DNA of 64,000 nucleotides from Phoronis australis (GCA_002633005.1 NMRA01000242.1:346868-410867); one strand, 5' to 3'. Positions 40,100 through 52,976 are shown, counted from the first letter of the stretch. The notes: generated by a model not told the origin, from the sequence alone. Numbers and translations: made by a program.

Positions 40100-41255
40100 C
40101 AATCTTATAATAGACAACTGGCAATTCACAGCCAAGACCTATGTCCTTATTAGTCAGCAAAAGCTAAAACAACAGCTCTAAGGTAACAAAACCTGTCAAT
40201 GTTCCCTACATTTAGCCAATGGAGTCTTGAAAGTAACTGAACCACATAGCTAGCCTTGACATATACTAATAAACAGAAACTAAAGACATTTACTGCTAAG
40301 ATTGTCACTTTCATCAGCATTGTCACTGCCACAAATCTAGGCACACTTAGCGCTGAACTGCAACCACATTGCAGTGGGCATGGGCACCGATGACAGAAAT
40401 CACAATTCCTAGTTCCAGCCATTTTCAAAGCAATGTTTGGGTAAATCTTGAAATACTTTAACCACAGTTTAAATGGTATTACAGTTAACACCAATTTATT
40501 CATTCTTTAACTGGAATTCACGAAATATAATAAATATAACTTGTGCACCACAAAGTTGTATAAATCCGATTTGCGTCATGAATATCTGATTATTGATTTC
40601 ATTGCTTATACACACCTGTGAAAAAATGGACGACAAAAATATGTTGAGATCTGGGGCTTTACAGTAGGCCTACTTTTAACAGTCACAGCACAGAATGTTA
40701 CATGAATTTATAGAAGACAGTTACTGAGGAAGACCAACACTGTAGTAGAAATGTTAGACAATCGTATGGCCTCTTATTTGAGTAATTGATCAATTATTTA
40801 TGTGTGCGTGTGCCTGTGTGTGAGAAAATACCTCGCGCAGTAGAACAGGATTTGTACGCGTACCTACAGAAATGACTGATAGGCACTGTGCAGTGTTCAA
40901 AGTCAAGTTTTGCTTTTGGGGGGCTTGGAAGGAATATTGCCAATATTATTGGTCGATTTGTTCAGAAACTTGTTTGTTTGTAGCCCTGCGGAGCCTATCT
41001 GGATTGCATGCAAAATAGGTTAAAGTACATATTTTAATTATACCTATTTACAAAATCACGGCTATGGCCCATAACTGCAGCTAGAAAGCTAGAAAGTTTG
41101 AACTCCGAAAGTACCGGTAGGCCTAGGTCTACTGAATGCCTACGGCCTACGCCACACGGATTGGCGATTATTAAGTGCCCGGCTGAACCCTAAGACAAAT
41201 TACATAGTGCATGCCAATCACAAAAACTGGATCTCAGTAAATACGTTAAACTAAC

Positions 41256-41363
41256 CTCTATCCACCTTTGGGTTTCATTCAACGCTAAATCCGTAAAGTA
41301 ATCTAGCTCCTGTTCCACTCGGGAACGGAACTCAAACTCGCCCTCATCCAAATCTTCCGCCAT
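41256..41363 (-). CDS. LIMCH1/LMO7: LIMCH1/LMO7-like gene, coding exon 1
   Basis: AAAATGGCG start; MAEDLDEGEFEFRSRVEQELDYFTDLALNETQRWIE then phase-0 GAG|GTTAGT. NETQRWIE parallels the recalled SEAQKWIE, the first CH helix of LIMCH1. Confidence 0.85.
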
Positions 41364-41480
41364 TTTGAAAAGCATAAAATGCGCTTGTCGTGCCAGTTTT
41401 GTTGTTATGAAATAACCATTCCAAAATTTAGATCAGAAAGAAGCCCAGCGGGGTCTCCAACGTCGTATGTATGAATTACT
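41364..41480 (-). promoter_or_regulatory. Probable 5' UTR/promoter of the LIMCH1/LMO7-like gene
   Basis: Immediately upstream of the ATG in a locally CpG-richer zone; TSS not determinable. Confidence 0.4.
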
Positions 41481-41867
41481 CTTAGTGGGATATAAGCTTT
41501 GCTACTTTGTATTAATTGGTAAAGCAGAGACTTGCATTATATTTTTACATGTTTTGGCTAGAAAATATAAAATTGTGTAGTTGACAATTTGACCAAGGCC
41601 ACAGGAAATGAATTAATCTGCTTTATGGAAAGATGCTTCGGTCATCGTTGCACACTGCAGTATTTTACTCTGGGTTGCATATTTTTTGAAAAAAAAGAAA
41701 ACAAAGTGTTACTATGAGTTAGTGACTGCAATTTTTGTGCAGTTGTCGTCGCCATGAATGCTCAATATCATAAAAATATGCCTTTACAGCCATTACAGGG
41801 GTACTTGTGGCTTGTCGTGAAATGTGGTGCGATCTGTTAATGTTGGTTGGCCAACATGTACGTTAAC

Positions 41868-42027
41868 GTAGGTGGATCCAGGGGCGCCAAGGGCGTCCAG
41901 ACCCCCCTTTCCGTTGATTTTAGTGATATCAAATCTTTAATTTTCAAATTGTTAANCCCCCCCCCCCCTTAAAGAAAAATCCTTGATTTGACCCTCCCCC
42001 CATTAAAAAATCCTCGATCCGCCCCTG
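41868..42027. mobile_element. Short hAT-like MITE (CAGGGGCGGATC family; related ends near 31996 and 43942)
   Basis: gtaggtggatccagggg ... aaaatcctcgatccgcccctg, with C-runs. Confidence 0.6.
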
Positions 42028-42450
42028 GTTAATGCCTCATAATTCACAAGCAAAAAAGTAATCGACAAATTTTTACTTTTCACGAAACTAGAAAAGGATA
42101 CATCAGCAGGGATTCGACTTATTGACGCTATTTTTGGCTGAACACAATTCACGAACTTGTTAAATCTTCTATTCTGTAGAAATGCGGCCGTGTTAGCCAC
42201 AAAACTCAACCGCGTTTCCATTGTTTTTCAGCGTCAACGCAAATTTGTACTGGGACAGGAGCCCTCGTGCCGCGCGCACGCATGGATGACCTGAAGTCAA
42301 TCCCCAAGCTCAGACTCGATATTTCCATCTTTAAGTTCACTGTAGTCTAGAATCGCAATTGCAGTCCACACAAAAAGGTGGTTAGTGAGTACGATAACCA
42401 CCATGACCTTCTTCTTGTAGAGGGCATGTGTGACCTGTTGGGAGCAGAAA

Positions 42451-42603
42451 CATGGGCGGCGCAGCACGACTGAAAAAAGTGGACGGGCTATAGCCCCCAG
42501 CCCCCCTGTGGAACACCGCCCATAGACCATGAGGGCCGGAGCACTGAAAAAGTGGGGGAGGGGCTATAGACCCCCACCAGCCCCCTATGGTGCGCCGCCT
42601 ATG
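42451..42603. mobile_element. 153-bp dimeric MITE
   Basis: TIR CATGGGCGGCGCA / TGCGCCGCCTATG and two internal ctgaaaaagtgg..gggctatag.cccc units; related end at 44318. Confidence 0.7.
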
Positions 42604-44356
42604 AGTAAGGATGATCTTGTCCGATCGTGTTTTTAGGTAACACAGGGGTGTTTCTCCTGGTTGGCACGGCTCCGCTTTCAAAACTCCGCTGCGATTTCAA
42701 GTAACCCTCACACAACTTAAAATTTCCAAAATGGCAGCATTTATCTACTATATGTGTGGAATCTTGTTATGAACTTTAGTTCGAGAATCTAGTGTTTGCT
42801 CGGCGAGCATTTACAGGGATGTGGCTTTGAGCTAAAACTTGTTATATCGCAACGGGGTGCGGGAAGGGTTGTGGTGTGGGTGAAGATGCACAGCCACACT
42901 GTTTGAAGGAAGAGCGTTATCTTAGCTTCTAAAAACTGCATGCCTGTAATATTCCGATGCAACCAGAAAGACGTGTATCAAGAATATCTTGATGTGTGAA
43001 ATATTATATTGGGACTGAGCTATTGTCATAGTGGAAGCATTTTTGTACAGCAGATAACAGAACATCAAAAAAAAAAACATTTTCAAACGTTTGATAAGTT
43101 TAGAAAATGAAGTTGAATTTTTTAGAATTGGGGAAAATGACTGCACGTAGATGACTTAGAACTGCCTTTTTGTTTCTGGTAATAGTAGTTCTTATGGATG
43201 AACGAGACTGCGACGGTACGACATTAACCTTTAACAGAAAGCCAAGGAATGACGTTCCAAAGTTGGACGCACTGAATAAGAGACTTGCAAATTGTGAAAT
43301 GTATTACAAACATTGGGAGGGATTACACACTCGAAGAAAATGGAACCTGAGTGACGACGAAAAAACAGAAGCTGCTGGTAAAATGTGAATTTTAATCGAA
43401 GCCTTAGTGAATCACTCAGAAACTCGAAATACTCTCTTTGTCAAACCTTAACTTAAGACGATTTCCAAAGCAATCCCGTCATTATTGCCACTACGAAAAA
43501 CGGATTTGATCTTTTGGGTATTTGAAGACTATTTTAAATACGACAAATCTGTTAAGAATTGATGGCACAAAATATAAAACGTGTAATAAGCATTACAAAA
43601 AGAAGTAGGTTTCATAACAATTAGGTCTTTTAGTAAGCGAGTAGCAGTTAGATCGTGCTGGTGTAGTGGTAACGCACGCGCGCTCTATCCGCCACGTCGT
43701 GATTTCGAGTCTTTGGTACTTTTCAGTTTTTCCCGTTTGACACATTCTTCGTTTTTTTTTGCCTTTTTTTCTTAGATAATACTTCAGGAATCAAGGAAAA
43801 TGCTTGATTTTTAGAGGTAAAAACAGAAAAATTTCCCCCCATTCGGTCTTATGCGCATCTACAATCGTGGTTCAGTTTGCGCAAATGCTTACAGCCGGAC
43901 GAAATGCTGGGCCCCCCTTGTGATATCCTAGATCCGCCACTGAAGAACCTGGCCCCTGGGATCTCTGTTAGATTTGAAACTCAATTCTCAAATGGACCAA
44001 TTGGGTGGCTTGCTCCAAGGAAACTTGCACTGGCATCACGAACTTGTGATTGGTTAATTTTGAAGTCTAAGACTGTAAGTAGAGCCTCCAGTTTGGAGAT
44101 TAGTCCCTGGTGTGGTTTTGATCTGCTCAAAATATTGCAGCTTGCAGTAAACACCCCCAGGGTCTCGAATAAACAGCTGTATCCCGTCTCAACATTTCAT
44201 TTAATTTATTAAAAGATTATATGATGAAAACAACCAAAATGAAAATGGCAAATCTCTTTTAATTGCAAATGACACACACCATATATAGAAAAATAAATTA
44301 CACTTACAGTAATGCACCAGCGGTGCACCATAGAGGGCTGGGGGGGGGGGAGGGCT

Positions 44357-45109
44357 NNNNNNNNNNNNNNNNNNNNNNNNNNNNNNNNNNNNNNNNNNNN
44401 NNNNNNNNNNNNNNNNNNNNNNNNNNNNNNNNNNNNNNNNNNNNNNNNNNNNNNNNNNNNNNNNNNNNNNNNNNNNNNNNNNNNNNNNNNNNNNNNNNNN
44501 NNNNNNNNNNNNNNNNNNNNNNNNNNNNNNNNNNNNNNNNNNNNNNNNNNNNNNNNNNNNNNNNNNNNNNNNNNNNNNNNNNNNNNNNNNNNNNNNNNNN
44601 NNNNNNNNNNNNNNNNNNNNNNNNNNNNNNNNNNNNNNNNNNNNNNNNNNNNNNNNNNNNNNNNNNNNNNNNNNNNNNNNNNNNNNNNNNNNNNNNNNNN
44701 NNNNNNNNNNNNNNNNNNNNNNNNNNNNNNNNNNNNNNNNNNNNNNNNNNNNNNNNNNNNNNNNNNNNNNNNNNNNNNNNNNNNNNNNNNNNNNNNNNNN
44801 NNNNNNNNNNNNNNNNNNNNNNNNNNNNNNNNNNNNNNNNNNNNNNNNNNNNNNNNNNNNNNNNNNNNNNNNNNNNNNNNNNNNNNNNNNNNNNNNNNNN
44901 NNNNNNNNNNNNNNNNNNNNNNNNNNNNNNNNNNNNNNNNNNNNNNNNNNNNNNNNNNNNNNNNNNNNNNNNNNNNNNNNNNNNNNNNNNNNNNNNNNNN
45001 NNNNNNNNNNNNNNNNNNNNNNNNNNNNNNNNNNNNNNNNNNNNNNNNNNNNNNNNNNNNNNNNNNNNNNNNNNNNNNNNNNNNNNNNNNNNNNNNNNNN
45101 NNNNNNNNN
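44357..45109. other. Assembly gap (753 N)
   Basis: N run. Confidence 1.
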
Positions 45110-45192
45110 GTAGCTATGGTACAAAATATTGCCCCCCCCTCGGTAGCTATGGTACAAAATATTGCCCCCCCCTCGGTAGCTATGGTACAAAA
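45110..45192. repeat. 33-bp tandem repeat abutting the gap
   Basis: Unit gtagctatggtacaaaatattg(c)8tcg, 2.5 copies visible. Confidence 0.85.
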
Positions 45193-46022
45193 CAATAAGT
45201 TAGTGCTACATTTGAATCAATGAAAAAATGAAAGAATAAAATTTCACTGATCTACCACACTGTGTCCTTAATTGGTAAAATTTACCATACTTTAACAAAG
45301 CACTATCTACGTTTTCGAACATAACTTACCAAAAATTCAAACCTTTAAGTGTCCGATCAAAGGAAGCGACCAGATACACAGAACAACTTACTTTCCATAA
45401 TTATAGGTCGCACTACTATTGGATTAACCCAAAAGAATTCACTTATCAAAAAGTGCATTTTGCAATCCTAAATTTGATATTTAAAAGCAGTAACTAGATA
45501 AAAGCCAGTCACTCAAATTTTTAAGGAAAATATCCACCATTGCCTCACCTTGGAGATACAATACTGTTAACTTGATTAACAAGAGTTCCAAGTTGGTGAC
45601 CTCACCATGACCCAATTAGAGCTGCATAGTACTTTAACAGTCAAAACACAATCAATTTGGTTACAACTTACAGCAAACAGTTGAAATTAATGTGAGATAT
45701 GATTGGCAGTACACACAATAAACATATTGCCAGATCTGAAGCAACAGATGAATTTCTCCCTAAGGTCTATAATTTAATAGCGCAAAACAAAATACACAAA
45801 CTTAAAGCAATTCTAAAATAGTTCTCATAGCATTTTAAAGGTTTTCAATGATGAGCTTGCATGTGACTGTAGGTGACACTTGTAATTATTAACACAATGC
45901 AACAGTAACAGTACATGTTGGTGACACATGTGTAATTATAGATGTAAAGCTAAAGCAACAGAACATAATGCTGACACATCATGAGTCAGCAACTTGTATG
46001 GTACAGTAACAGTACAGTACAT

Positions 46023-46696
46023 CTATTCACCATTTGCCTTGTCTTGTGCCTGAAATAAGGCAAATGTCGCAGCTGCAGCTTCACTATCAAGACCCACATC
46101 ACTATAAGAGACTAAGGTAGATGATTCTTTAAGATGTTCAACCATGTCCAAAGTACCGGCCTGTTCATTCTCACATACCTTTCCACGACACTCCATTTCA
46201 TTGGCTGTTACTACACTCATACTACCGTCCTGATCACAAAGAGGTGCATTCTGGGTAATGCTATCGCTGCCAGAGTTCCCCAACAAAATGCCCCTTTCAA
46301 CCAAACTCAAATTAGTAGATATATCGTCACTGTGTGGTAATGCATTAGCAGAACTATCAATAGCCAATAAAACAGTGTTCTGAGACACCACAGGTTGCAT
46401 GGAGCTCATACTAGCAGTGCAATTCTCTTCAGAAACGGAGAGCGCCTCTGAGTTTGCCAAATTCAGATCTTCAGCACAGGAGGTCGAAACAACACAGCAG
46501 ATTGTTCGAGCTTTTACTGCATCAGTACTAAGTGGAGTTTTTGTGTCTGTCGTCTCACTATTTGTTGTCGATGCCATCTGTTGGTCTGTTACGGGGATAG
46601 TGATGATAGCAAAGCCATCTGGAAGATCGGCCAATGAAGAGAGTTCTGAAAAGTTGACTGCTTGACCAAGGTCATCTTGTTTACAAGAAATAGAGC
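46023..46696 (-). CDS. AT-hook/C2H2 zinc-finger gene, coding exon 7 (last; S/T/D/E-rich tail)
   Basis: tgtttatcatttcAG acceptor, phase 1; open GSISCKQDD...DKANGE*. Confidence 0.85.
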
Positions 46697-47319
46697 CTGA
46701 AATGATAAACAAGTACACTGTATTCTGTTTTGTTTCGTTTTCAATCACATTTCTTGCATTCTCATAAGAAGCCTTTAGTAATTTGTTGACTTTCTGAGCA
46801 GCCACAGGCCAGCAACATGTTTCACTTTTTCATTATTTGTGCTTGCAAAACTAAAACTAGAAGCTCATTTCTAATCAGCATGATACAAAAAAAACAATAA
46901 ACAATCAGTATTAGCATCACAATATTATAACAATAATTCCAACCAAAGCCCGAGTCTATTGTCTCCACCCTTTTATGAGACTACACAGACAACCTGCCAC
47001 AGAAGGTCACATTTTAAGTAAACCTTCATCCGATTGGATCACATTTTGCCAATGAATCACACTGACACGCCACCTTCATTTGGGGAAATACACTAAAAAT
47101 CACATAAACACACACCTTTAATTAATTCAGACTACGTTCCACAGTATTCTCAGCCTCAGGTATACTTAGTGTACCCAGTCCTTGAGACAGGTCGCATATA
47201 TTTTTACTCTGATAAAATCTTCCCATTCTGGTTGGATCTAAATTGTAGCTGTATGTTTTACTGTATTTCCACAGTCCAAATCTTTTTCGAGACCCCGTCC
47301 CTATTTCCCCAACACTCAC

Positions 47320-47523
47320 CGTTAGACGTAACCACTGTATAGTCCTTACTGGTGTGATAGGTGGCAGCATGCTGCATGAGCGCCTTTCGTCGTCGGAAGT
47401 TCAGATCACACACGTCACACCTGTACCTGTACACCTTCAGGTGGACACTCTCTATATGTGTGCCCAAGTTAGACTTGTCCTTGAATTGTTTACCACAATA
47501 GCTGCACACGAATGGCATCTCAC
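47320..47523 (-). CDS. Zinc-finger gene, coding exon 6 (fingers 8-9)
   Basis: cAG acceptor restores the HTG-EMPFVC linker; two canonical C2H2 fingers; G|GTGAGT donor; 204 nt, phase 1-1. Confidence 0.92.
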
Positions 47524-47659
47524 CTGTGAATCAGTGCAACTTGTGAACACGGCTATATTTATGATACATATTCAGCATTGAGCAAGGAAAACTAAGGAGC
47601 CGCACGTTGACACCCTCGCGTTGACACCCTCCAATAATGCCTTGTATATATAAGGAAAC

Positions 47660-47785
47660 TGGTAGAGGAGCTAGTGTGTCTGTTTCCTTTACTCAATGTC
47701 ATGGGTTCAACTCCAGACGATCAGTGCAATGGGCCCACTTGAGTGACCTGAACCCGTCTAGTACAATGAGTACCACCCAGTGCCA
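47660..47785 (+). mobile_element. Decayed tRNA-derived SINE
   Basis: B-box GGTTCAACTCC followed by aacccgtctagtacaatgagtacc, a SINE body-like motif. Confidence 0.4.
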
Positions 47786-47808
47786 AACCACCAGAAATTA
47801 TTATATAA

Positions 47809-49486
47809 GGTAAGCGGTAAATTATGAAGATAAAATGTTTAAATATGTTGATGAGTGGGGTGAACCAAACTCGACGAAGACTGAGAGGCATGGCACACAG
47901 TGCTCCTCAAGCAAATGTGTCCTTGAAGTTTACACACAAATGAACAAGCTCCTTTTGTCATATCAATGTAAACTACAGTTCTCATCCTTATCAATTATGC
48001 ACGATTCTTTGCTTTTCTTCACTGATTGGCTAATTGTGATCAGTGTTTGTTCAGTGAAACGGACAACAGTAACACAATTACTGTCAAACATGTCCCTTCA
48101 TTAATGTCCTTTGCTTCGACTGTTCCAGTAATGCTGGTATGGAAGGGGAAAGACACTTGAAATAAAAAGTGTATTTGGGCGAGTTCAGAACAAATAAAAG
48201 ATAACCAACAGTTGTTCTTTTACAAAATAGCATGTGACAAGTTGTTGATGTTGTATACTACAGCGGCATATACAGTAGCGTTGTTTATGTAGTGTATTGA
48301 TAAATCAACAGGTCTGGAGTTGTCTGCATCCAATTCGGAACCAAAGGCGAAACCAAGAACACATCAAAGTAGGTCAAATCAGTTATAGCGATATTATGAA
48401 TGGCAGTCGCTACTGAGTGAAACAGGGACAAACTGAAAACTGGTGACAACAAAAATCCATAGAATACACAAAAACCAGGGAAACAGAGGTGTTTAGAACA
48501 CAATCTCAAATAACGTCTGCTCACCAGCCACTCTACGAAAATGGAAGCTAACTTTGATTTGAGGTTCAGCTTTGCCCAATGTGAATGGGCAGAGCTGGAT
48601 TTGGAGGTGTCGCAATTGGAGGTAGCTAGTGAGACATGCGGGGACCAAGTTGACTAAGTGAAGTCCAACAATTCATAGAATCAAAAAAAAATGATAACAC
48701 CAAAACAAAAGGCAAGTGACATCAAAACTTTTGAAACCTGGCTTTTCGGTGTCATTGTATTCCTACGCGTATTGGCTGCAAAGAGGAACAAATTAAGACT
48801 CGGAAAAGAAATGAGGGTTAGATCTTAGGCATGTAGTATAAATATGTTAAAACAATATGTGTTTTTATATGGGCGTGCTATTAGCCGAGATTGATGTGCA
48901 GTGTCAGTTTTTTATGAGGCTGAAATATATTTCATATGAACATAAAAGCAATGCCTAGAAGTTTGTAATTATGTGATGGCATTTTTTCTTAAAGTCTTGA
49001 TTTTTCTCAAAGATAACCGGGATTACAACAAATGGAACTTTAAGCAAGAAACTTGTGTATTCTGTTTCTTTATTTCATCAGCTAAAAAAGTGTGTCCGGT
49101 ACTTTCATTTAAGACCTTTTAGCTCAAGAATTTCACTGTCAAAAATGAATGCATCAGCATTCCTTCAAAAATCAGAAGTTTTGATTTTCGATTGGTGAGC
49201 TTTCGGGCAAACACATCTTAAAGAAAACAAGACAAAATTTTGTACCAAGTGGAATAAAGAAACAAATATTGCAAGTTTTGCACAAAAACGTTTGTGGAAA
49301 ATATGGAGATATCGCTTAAATATCATTTTTTTGTGATTGCAAACATCTGTACATTGCTTTCGTGTACTAAGCAAAAGTGTGATCATCAAGGCTTTTAAGA
49401 ATATGTACTTTTACGAGTCTACTATGAATACATATAAAAGATTATTTAAGAAATTGTATCCTTGATAGTGAAGATAATCCATTACC
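47809..49486 (-). mobile_element. Old Kolobok-type element with decayed THAP remnant, in a zinc-finger gene intron
   Basis: GGTAA termini flanked by ATAA/TTAA; from ATG 48637, across frameshifts: MSH..SNC...VSFHF...WL...LRLCSKH. Confidence 0.5.
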
Positions 49487-49519
49487 TTAACTGTGATAAG
49501 TGATAGATAAGCCTGAGCG

Positions 49520-49703
49520 GTCATATTACAGTAAATATGCTAGACTGACAAGGAGGAAAGAGGTGGTCATATTACAGTAAATATGCTAGACTGACAAGGA
49601 GGAAAGAGGTGGTCATATTACAGTAAATATGCTAGACTGACAAGGAGGAAAGAGGTGGTCATATTACAGTAAATATGCTAGACTGACAAGGAGGAAAGAG
49701 GTA
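49520..49703. repeat. 46-bp minisatellite, 4 copies, abutting the exon-5 splice donor
   Basis: Unit gtcatattacagtaaatatgctagactgacaaggaggaaagaggtg. Confidence 0.95.
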
Positions 49704-49704
49704 C

Positions 49705-50440
49705 CTGTGTGAATCCTGGAGTGCACAACCAGATGATATTGTTTGGTGAAGTTCTTGCCACATACGGAGCAGGGGAACGCTCTCTTGCCCTCATGTACCA
49801 CCTCCTTGTGTGCCTTGAGGTTGGCCGCCGTCTTGAATGTGGAGCCACAAAGGTCACAGACGTAGTTCTTGACATTATCATGAACACACCTCATGTGAAT
49901 TTTCATGGTGTACTTATCGGACTTGTATGAGCATTTTTCGCAGGAGCGTAGCCCCTGCCTGTGTGCCCTAATCATGTGTACTGGCAGGTTCATGAATGAC
50001 TTATCACATTCTAAACACTTCTGTTTCTGTCGTGGAACCTTCGAGTGCATCCGAGAAATGTGGTTTTCCAGATCCAGCACATACTTGCCACACACACTGC
50101 ACTCAACTTTCCTATGGAGCCCGTGCGATTTTGCGTGTGCATTAATATTGCACACCAACTTTCCACAAATGCTACATTTTGTCTTTTGGTTCAAGGAGTC
50201 TAGAACAGTCTTGTAATCAGGGTGTCTGGAATGAAGCCTGAGAACGTGGTGGAACAACCTTGAAGAAGCTTGGCCACATATAGGACAGCTGGCTTTAGTC
50301 TTGGCCCTAGACAATTTGGAAATGTCAGGCGAGTCCAAGTTTTCCAGTTCTGAATCAGAACTTTCTTCGTCAAGTGCTTTATACGATGGAACAATTGTTT
50401 TTCTCAAAACGCGACAACTTTTGTCTTCAGTTTGCACAGC
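49705..50440 (-). CDS. Zinc-finger gene, coding exon 5 (fingers 1-7)
   Basis: gtgttacAG acceptor, phase 0; seven C2H2 motifs ending HSRIHT-G|GTACCT; 736 nt. Confidence 0.93.
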
Positions 50441-51032
50441 CTGTAACACATGTACATAGCATCAGTTTATAGGATGTTGGTAGCAAGTTTTCTTTCAAAC
50501 ACATATTATTAAAAGCAATGCTTTCCTCTGCCATTAAGGCATTTATGGATAATTTGTTCTACTGGCAGCATGGTGGGCCAGGTTACAGAGTGACGATGCT
50601 CTTGGTCACACTGGCAGCATGGTGCTCACAGTGAAGGGCAGGTTACACAGTGATCCTGCTGCTCACAGTGATGGACAGGTTACGCAACGATGATGCTCTT
50701 AATCAAACATGTTGGGCTCCAAATCACTTTTTCATTGGTTGATTTACTTAATACTGATTGACTACTAAAGTAATATAGTACAGCACTGCACAAGAAACTG
50801 GTAGAGATGAACATGGATACAAACTAACTAGGATGAGAGAATGCATAGGAAGAATGACAATATGATGATTGTGTAGATAAAAGATGTATATAAAGATTGC
50901 AATCATGTGATGCACATAGATATATGAAAAAGCGTTAGTTTCATTATTTTAAAATTCATGACAAATTGCGCTGACGTTTCATAAAGGTTCTATTTTTCAT
51001 AAGGCTGTTCCATAGCTTGACTCCAGTCTAAT

Positions 51033-51520
51033 ACAAGAGCAACGCGGAGCATTAAAATGCAGCCACAATTGCACCTCAAATGGTACGTCTCTAAGGGAGT
51101 TTAATAGTATTACGAAAATGGCCATTAGTTGACACAGAATACATCAAACCCACCCGAAACTGGGAAGTTGTTGTCGTCATACTAAGAGAAAACTATATGT
51201 CGAATTTCACAGGCTAAATATGGACTCAAAAGTTTTTAAAATGGCAACAAGCTGGAGCAGAATACCTCAAATGCATCTGAAAATGAGATGGCATCGTCGT
51301 CATCTTAATACAATCCTATTTGATAAATTTCATGATAACCCATCAAGAAGTCTAAAGACGGAAGTGAATATAAAAAACAGTATAATTGCCACTAAGCGAG
51401 GGACACAGTCATAGTCAGATTTGTCTGAAATTCAGTGTCATTTGTTGTCAGCTTCATGGAACACATTTACCAAAACTCAATAAGATCCTGTAATGGATTC
51501 AGTAGATACCGAAATGAACG
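51033..51520 (-). mobile_element. Decayed HINE copy (further copies at 54301-54900 and 62277-62325)
   Basis: acaagagcaacgcggagcattaaaatgcagccacaattgcacc matches the 34659 end. Confidence 0.65.
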
Positions 51521-51881
51521 GCATGTAGTTATGTACACGAGGACGCAAAAACAAGGGGAATTTGTTTTAGGAAATCTGCAAAATATGCAAGTTAAGCATA
51601 ATTGCATGTGAAGAAATTGCTGAAAGTGGCCCCTATAAAAGTCTGGCGACAACGTAGAGATCTCATTAAGGATATTCCACTACACATTGAATGTGTCTTC
51701 AAGTGTCTACAAACTTGTTTACCACATGTCTGAACTGAAAAAATATTTCTGAACTTTCTTTCATAAATCTGTTTGTTCTGTCGTTGAAACTACTTTTGCA
51801 AGTTCTTGAGCTGGTGACATTCAACTTTCACTAACATTAAGCAAGTCAACAATAGCACTTTTTCTGAATTGTAAAAACAAC

Positions 51882-51982
51882 CTCAATTTCAGGCTCTGTC
51901 TTCTTTGTTGTCTCAGATTTCCGTGGCCGACCAACTCTACGCTTTCGTGGTATATCGCAGCTTCCTTCACCAGGTGTCACTG
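51882..51982 (-). CDS. Zinc-finger gene, coding exon 4 (AT-hook)
   Basis: ttcacAG acceptor, phase 1; PRKRRVGRPRKS; GAG|GTTGTT donor, phase 0, matching exon 5. Confidence 0.8.
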
Positions 51983-52237
51983 CTGTGAATATTTGTGAAG
52001 AAGAGCAATTACATTAACTATACAGTTGTGCTTAAAGACATCAAAATAGAATTTTTCAAACAACACTTTGTTGATGTACAAATGAGGCATTACTAAATAT
52101 GAAGAACATGTCAGACTATTCATCTAATGAATAACTTACATTCTAAAAACATGTTTAATGTTCCTTAGAAAAAATTACAATGTACAATAATAAAAGTTAA
52201 GCCCAGAAAGCGCTAGAAAGAAATATAAAAAGCTAAT

Positions 52238-52976
52238 TGTCACTTAATATGCAGCCATCGTCAGTAAGCCGCACAACTGTCACTTAATATGCAGCCATCG
52301 TCAGTAAGTCACACAACTGTCACTTAATATGCAGCCATCGTCAGTAAGCCGCACAACTGTCACTTAATATGCAGCCATCGTCAGTAAACCACACAACTGT
52401 CACTTAATATGCAGCCATCGTCAGTAAGCCGCACAACTGTCACTTAATATGCAGCCATCGTCAGTAAGCCACACAACTGTCACTTAATATGCAGCCATCG
52501 TCAGTAAGCCGCACAACTGTCACTTAATATGCAGCCATCGTCAGTAAGCCACACAACTGCCACTTAATATGCAGCCATCGTCAGTAAGCCACTTAACTGT
52601 CACTTAATATGCAGCCATCGTCAGTAAGCCACACAACTATCACTTAACCCTTATCCTGCTGAGCCTCTATTCAGACTACTTTCCCTGTGTGCTGAGCTAA
52701 GTAGGTCACCACTACTGCTTTACACTAAGCTGTTCTGGAGGTCACCTAGACAAATGACCTAACAATTTTCAATTGGAAATTTGAAGGGGAAATATTAAAT
52801 TAACAGAAAAGAAGTCAATACAAAACTTGTGCAGAATTTAATGGAGAATTTCACCATATATAAGTCTTTATCATAGCCTTGGTGAAAGTAAACTGATNTG
52901 TCACTTAATATGCAGCCATCGCCAGTAAGCCACACAACAGTCACTTAATATGCAGCCATCATCAGTAAGCCACACT
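52238..52976. repeat. 40-bp minisatellite (~10 + 2 copies) interrupted at 52648-52898
   Basis: Unit tgtcacttaatatgcagccatcgtcagtaagccrcacaac. Confidence 0.95.
52648..52897. mobile_element. piggyBac-like left end inserted at a TTAA of the minisatellite; cut at N52898
   Basis: Array breaks exactly at cacTTAA|CCCTTATCCTGCTGAG. Confidence 0.65.

Noticed and set aside
43655-43725. tRNA gene
   Set aside because: Only an A-box-like TGGTGTAGTGG and a degenerate B-box; no cloverleaf. At most an old SINE head.
44201-45223. Four 300+ aa ORFs
   Set aside because: They are open only because they span the N gap and a 33-bp repeat.
46697-46805. N-terminal extension of the 260-aa ORF
   Set aside because: It lies upstream of a good phase-compatible acceptor at 46697 and is interpreted as intron.
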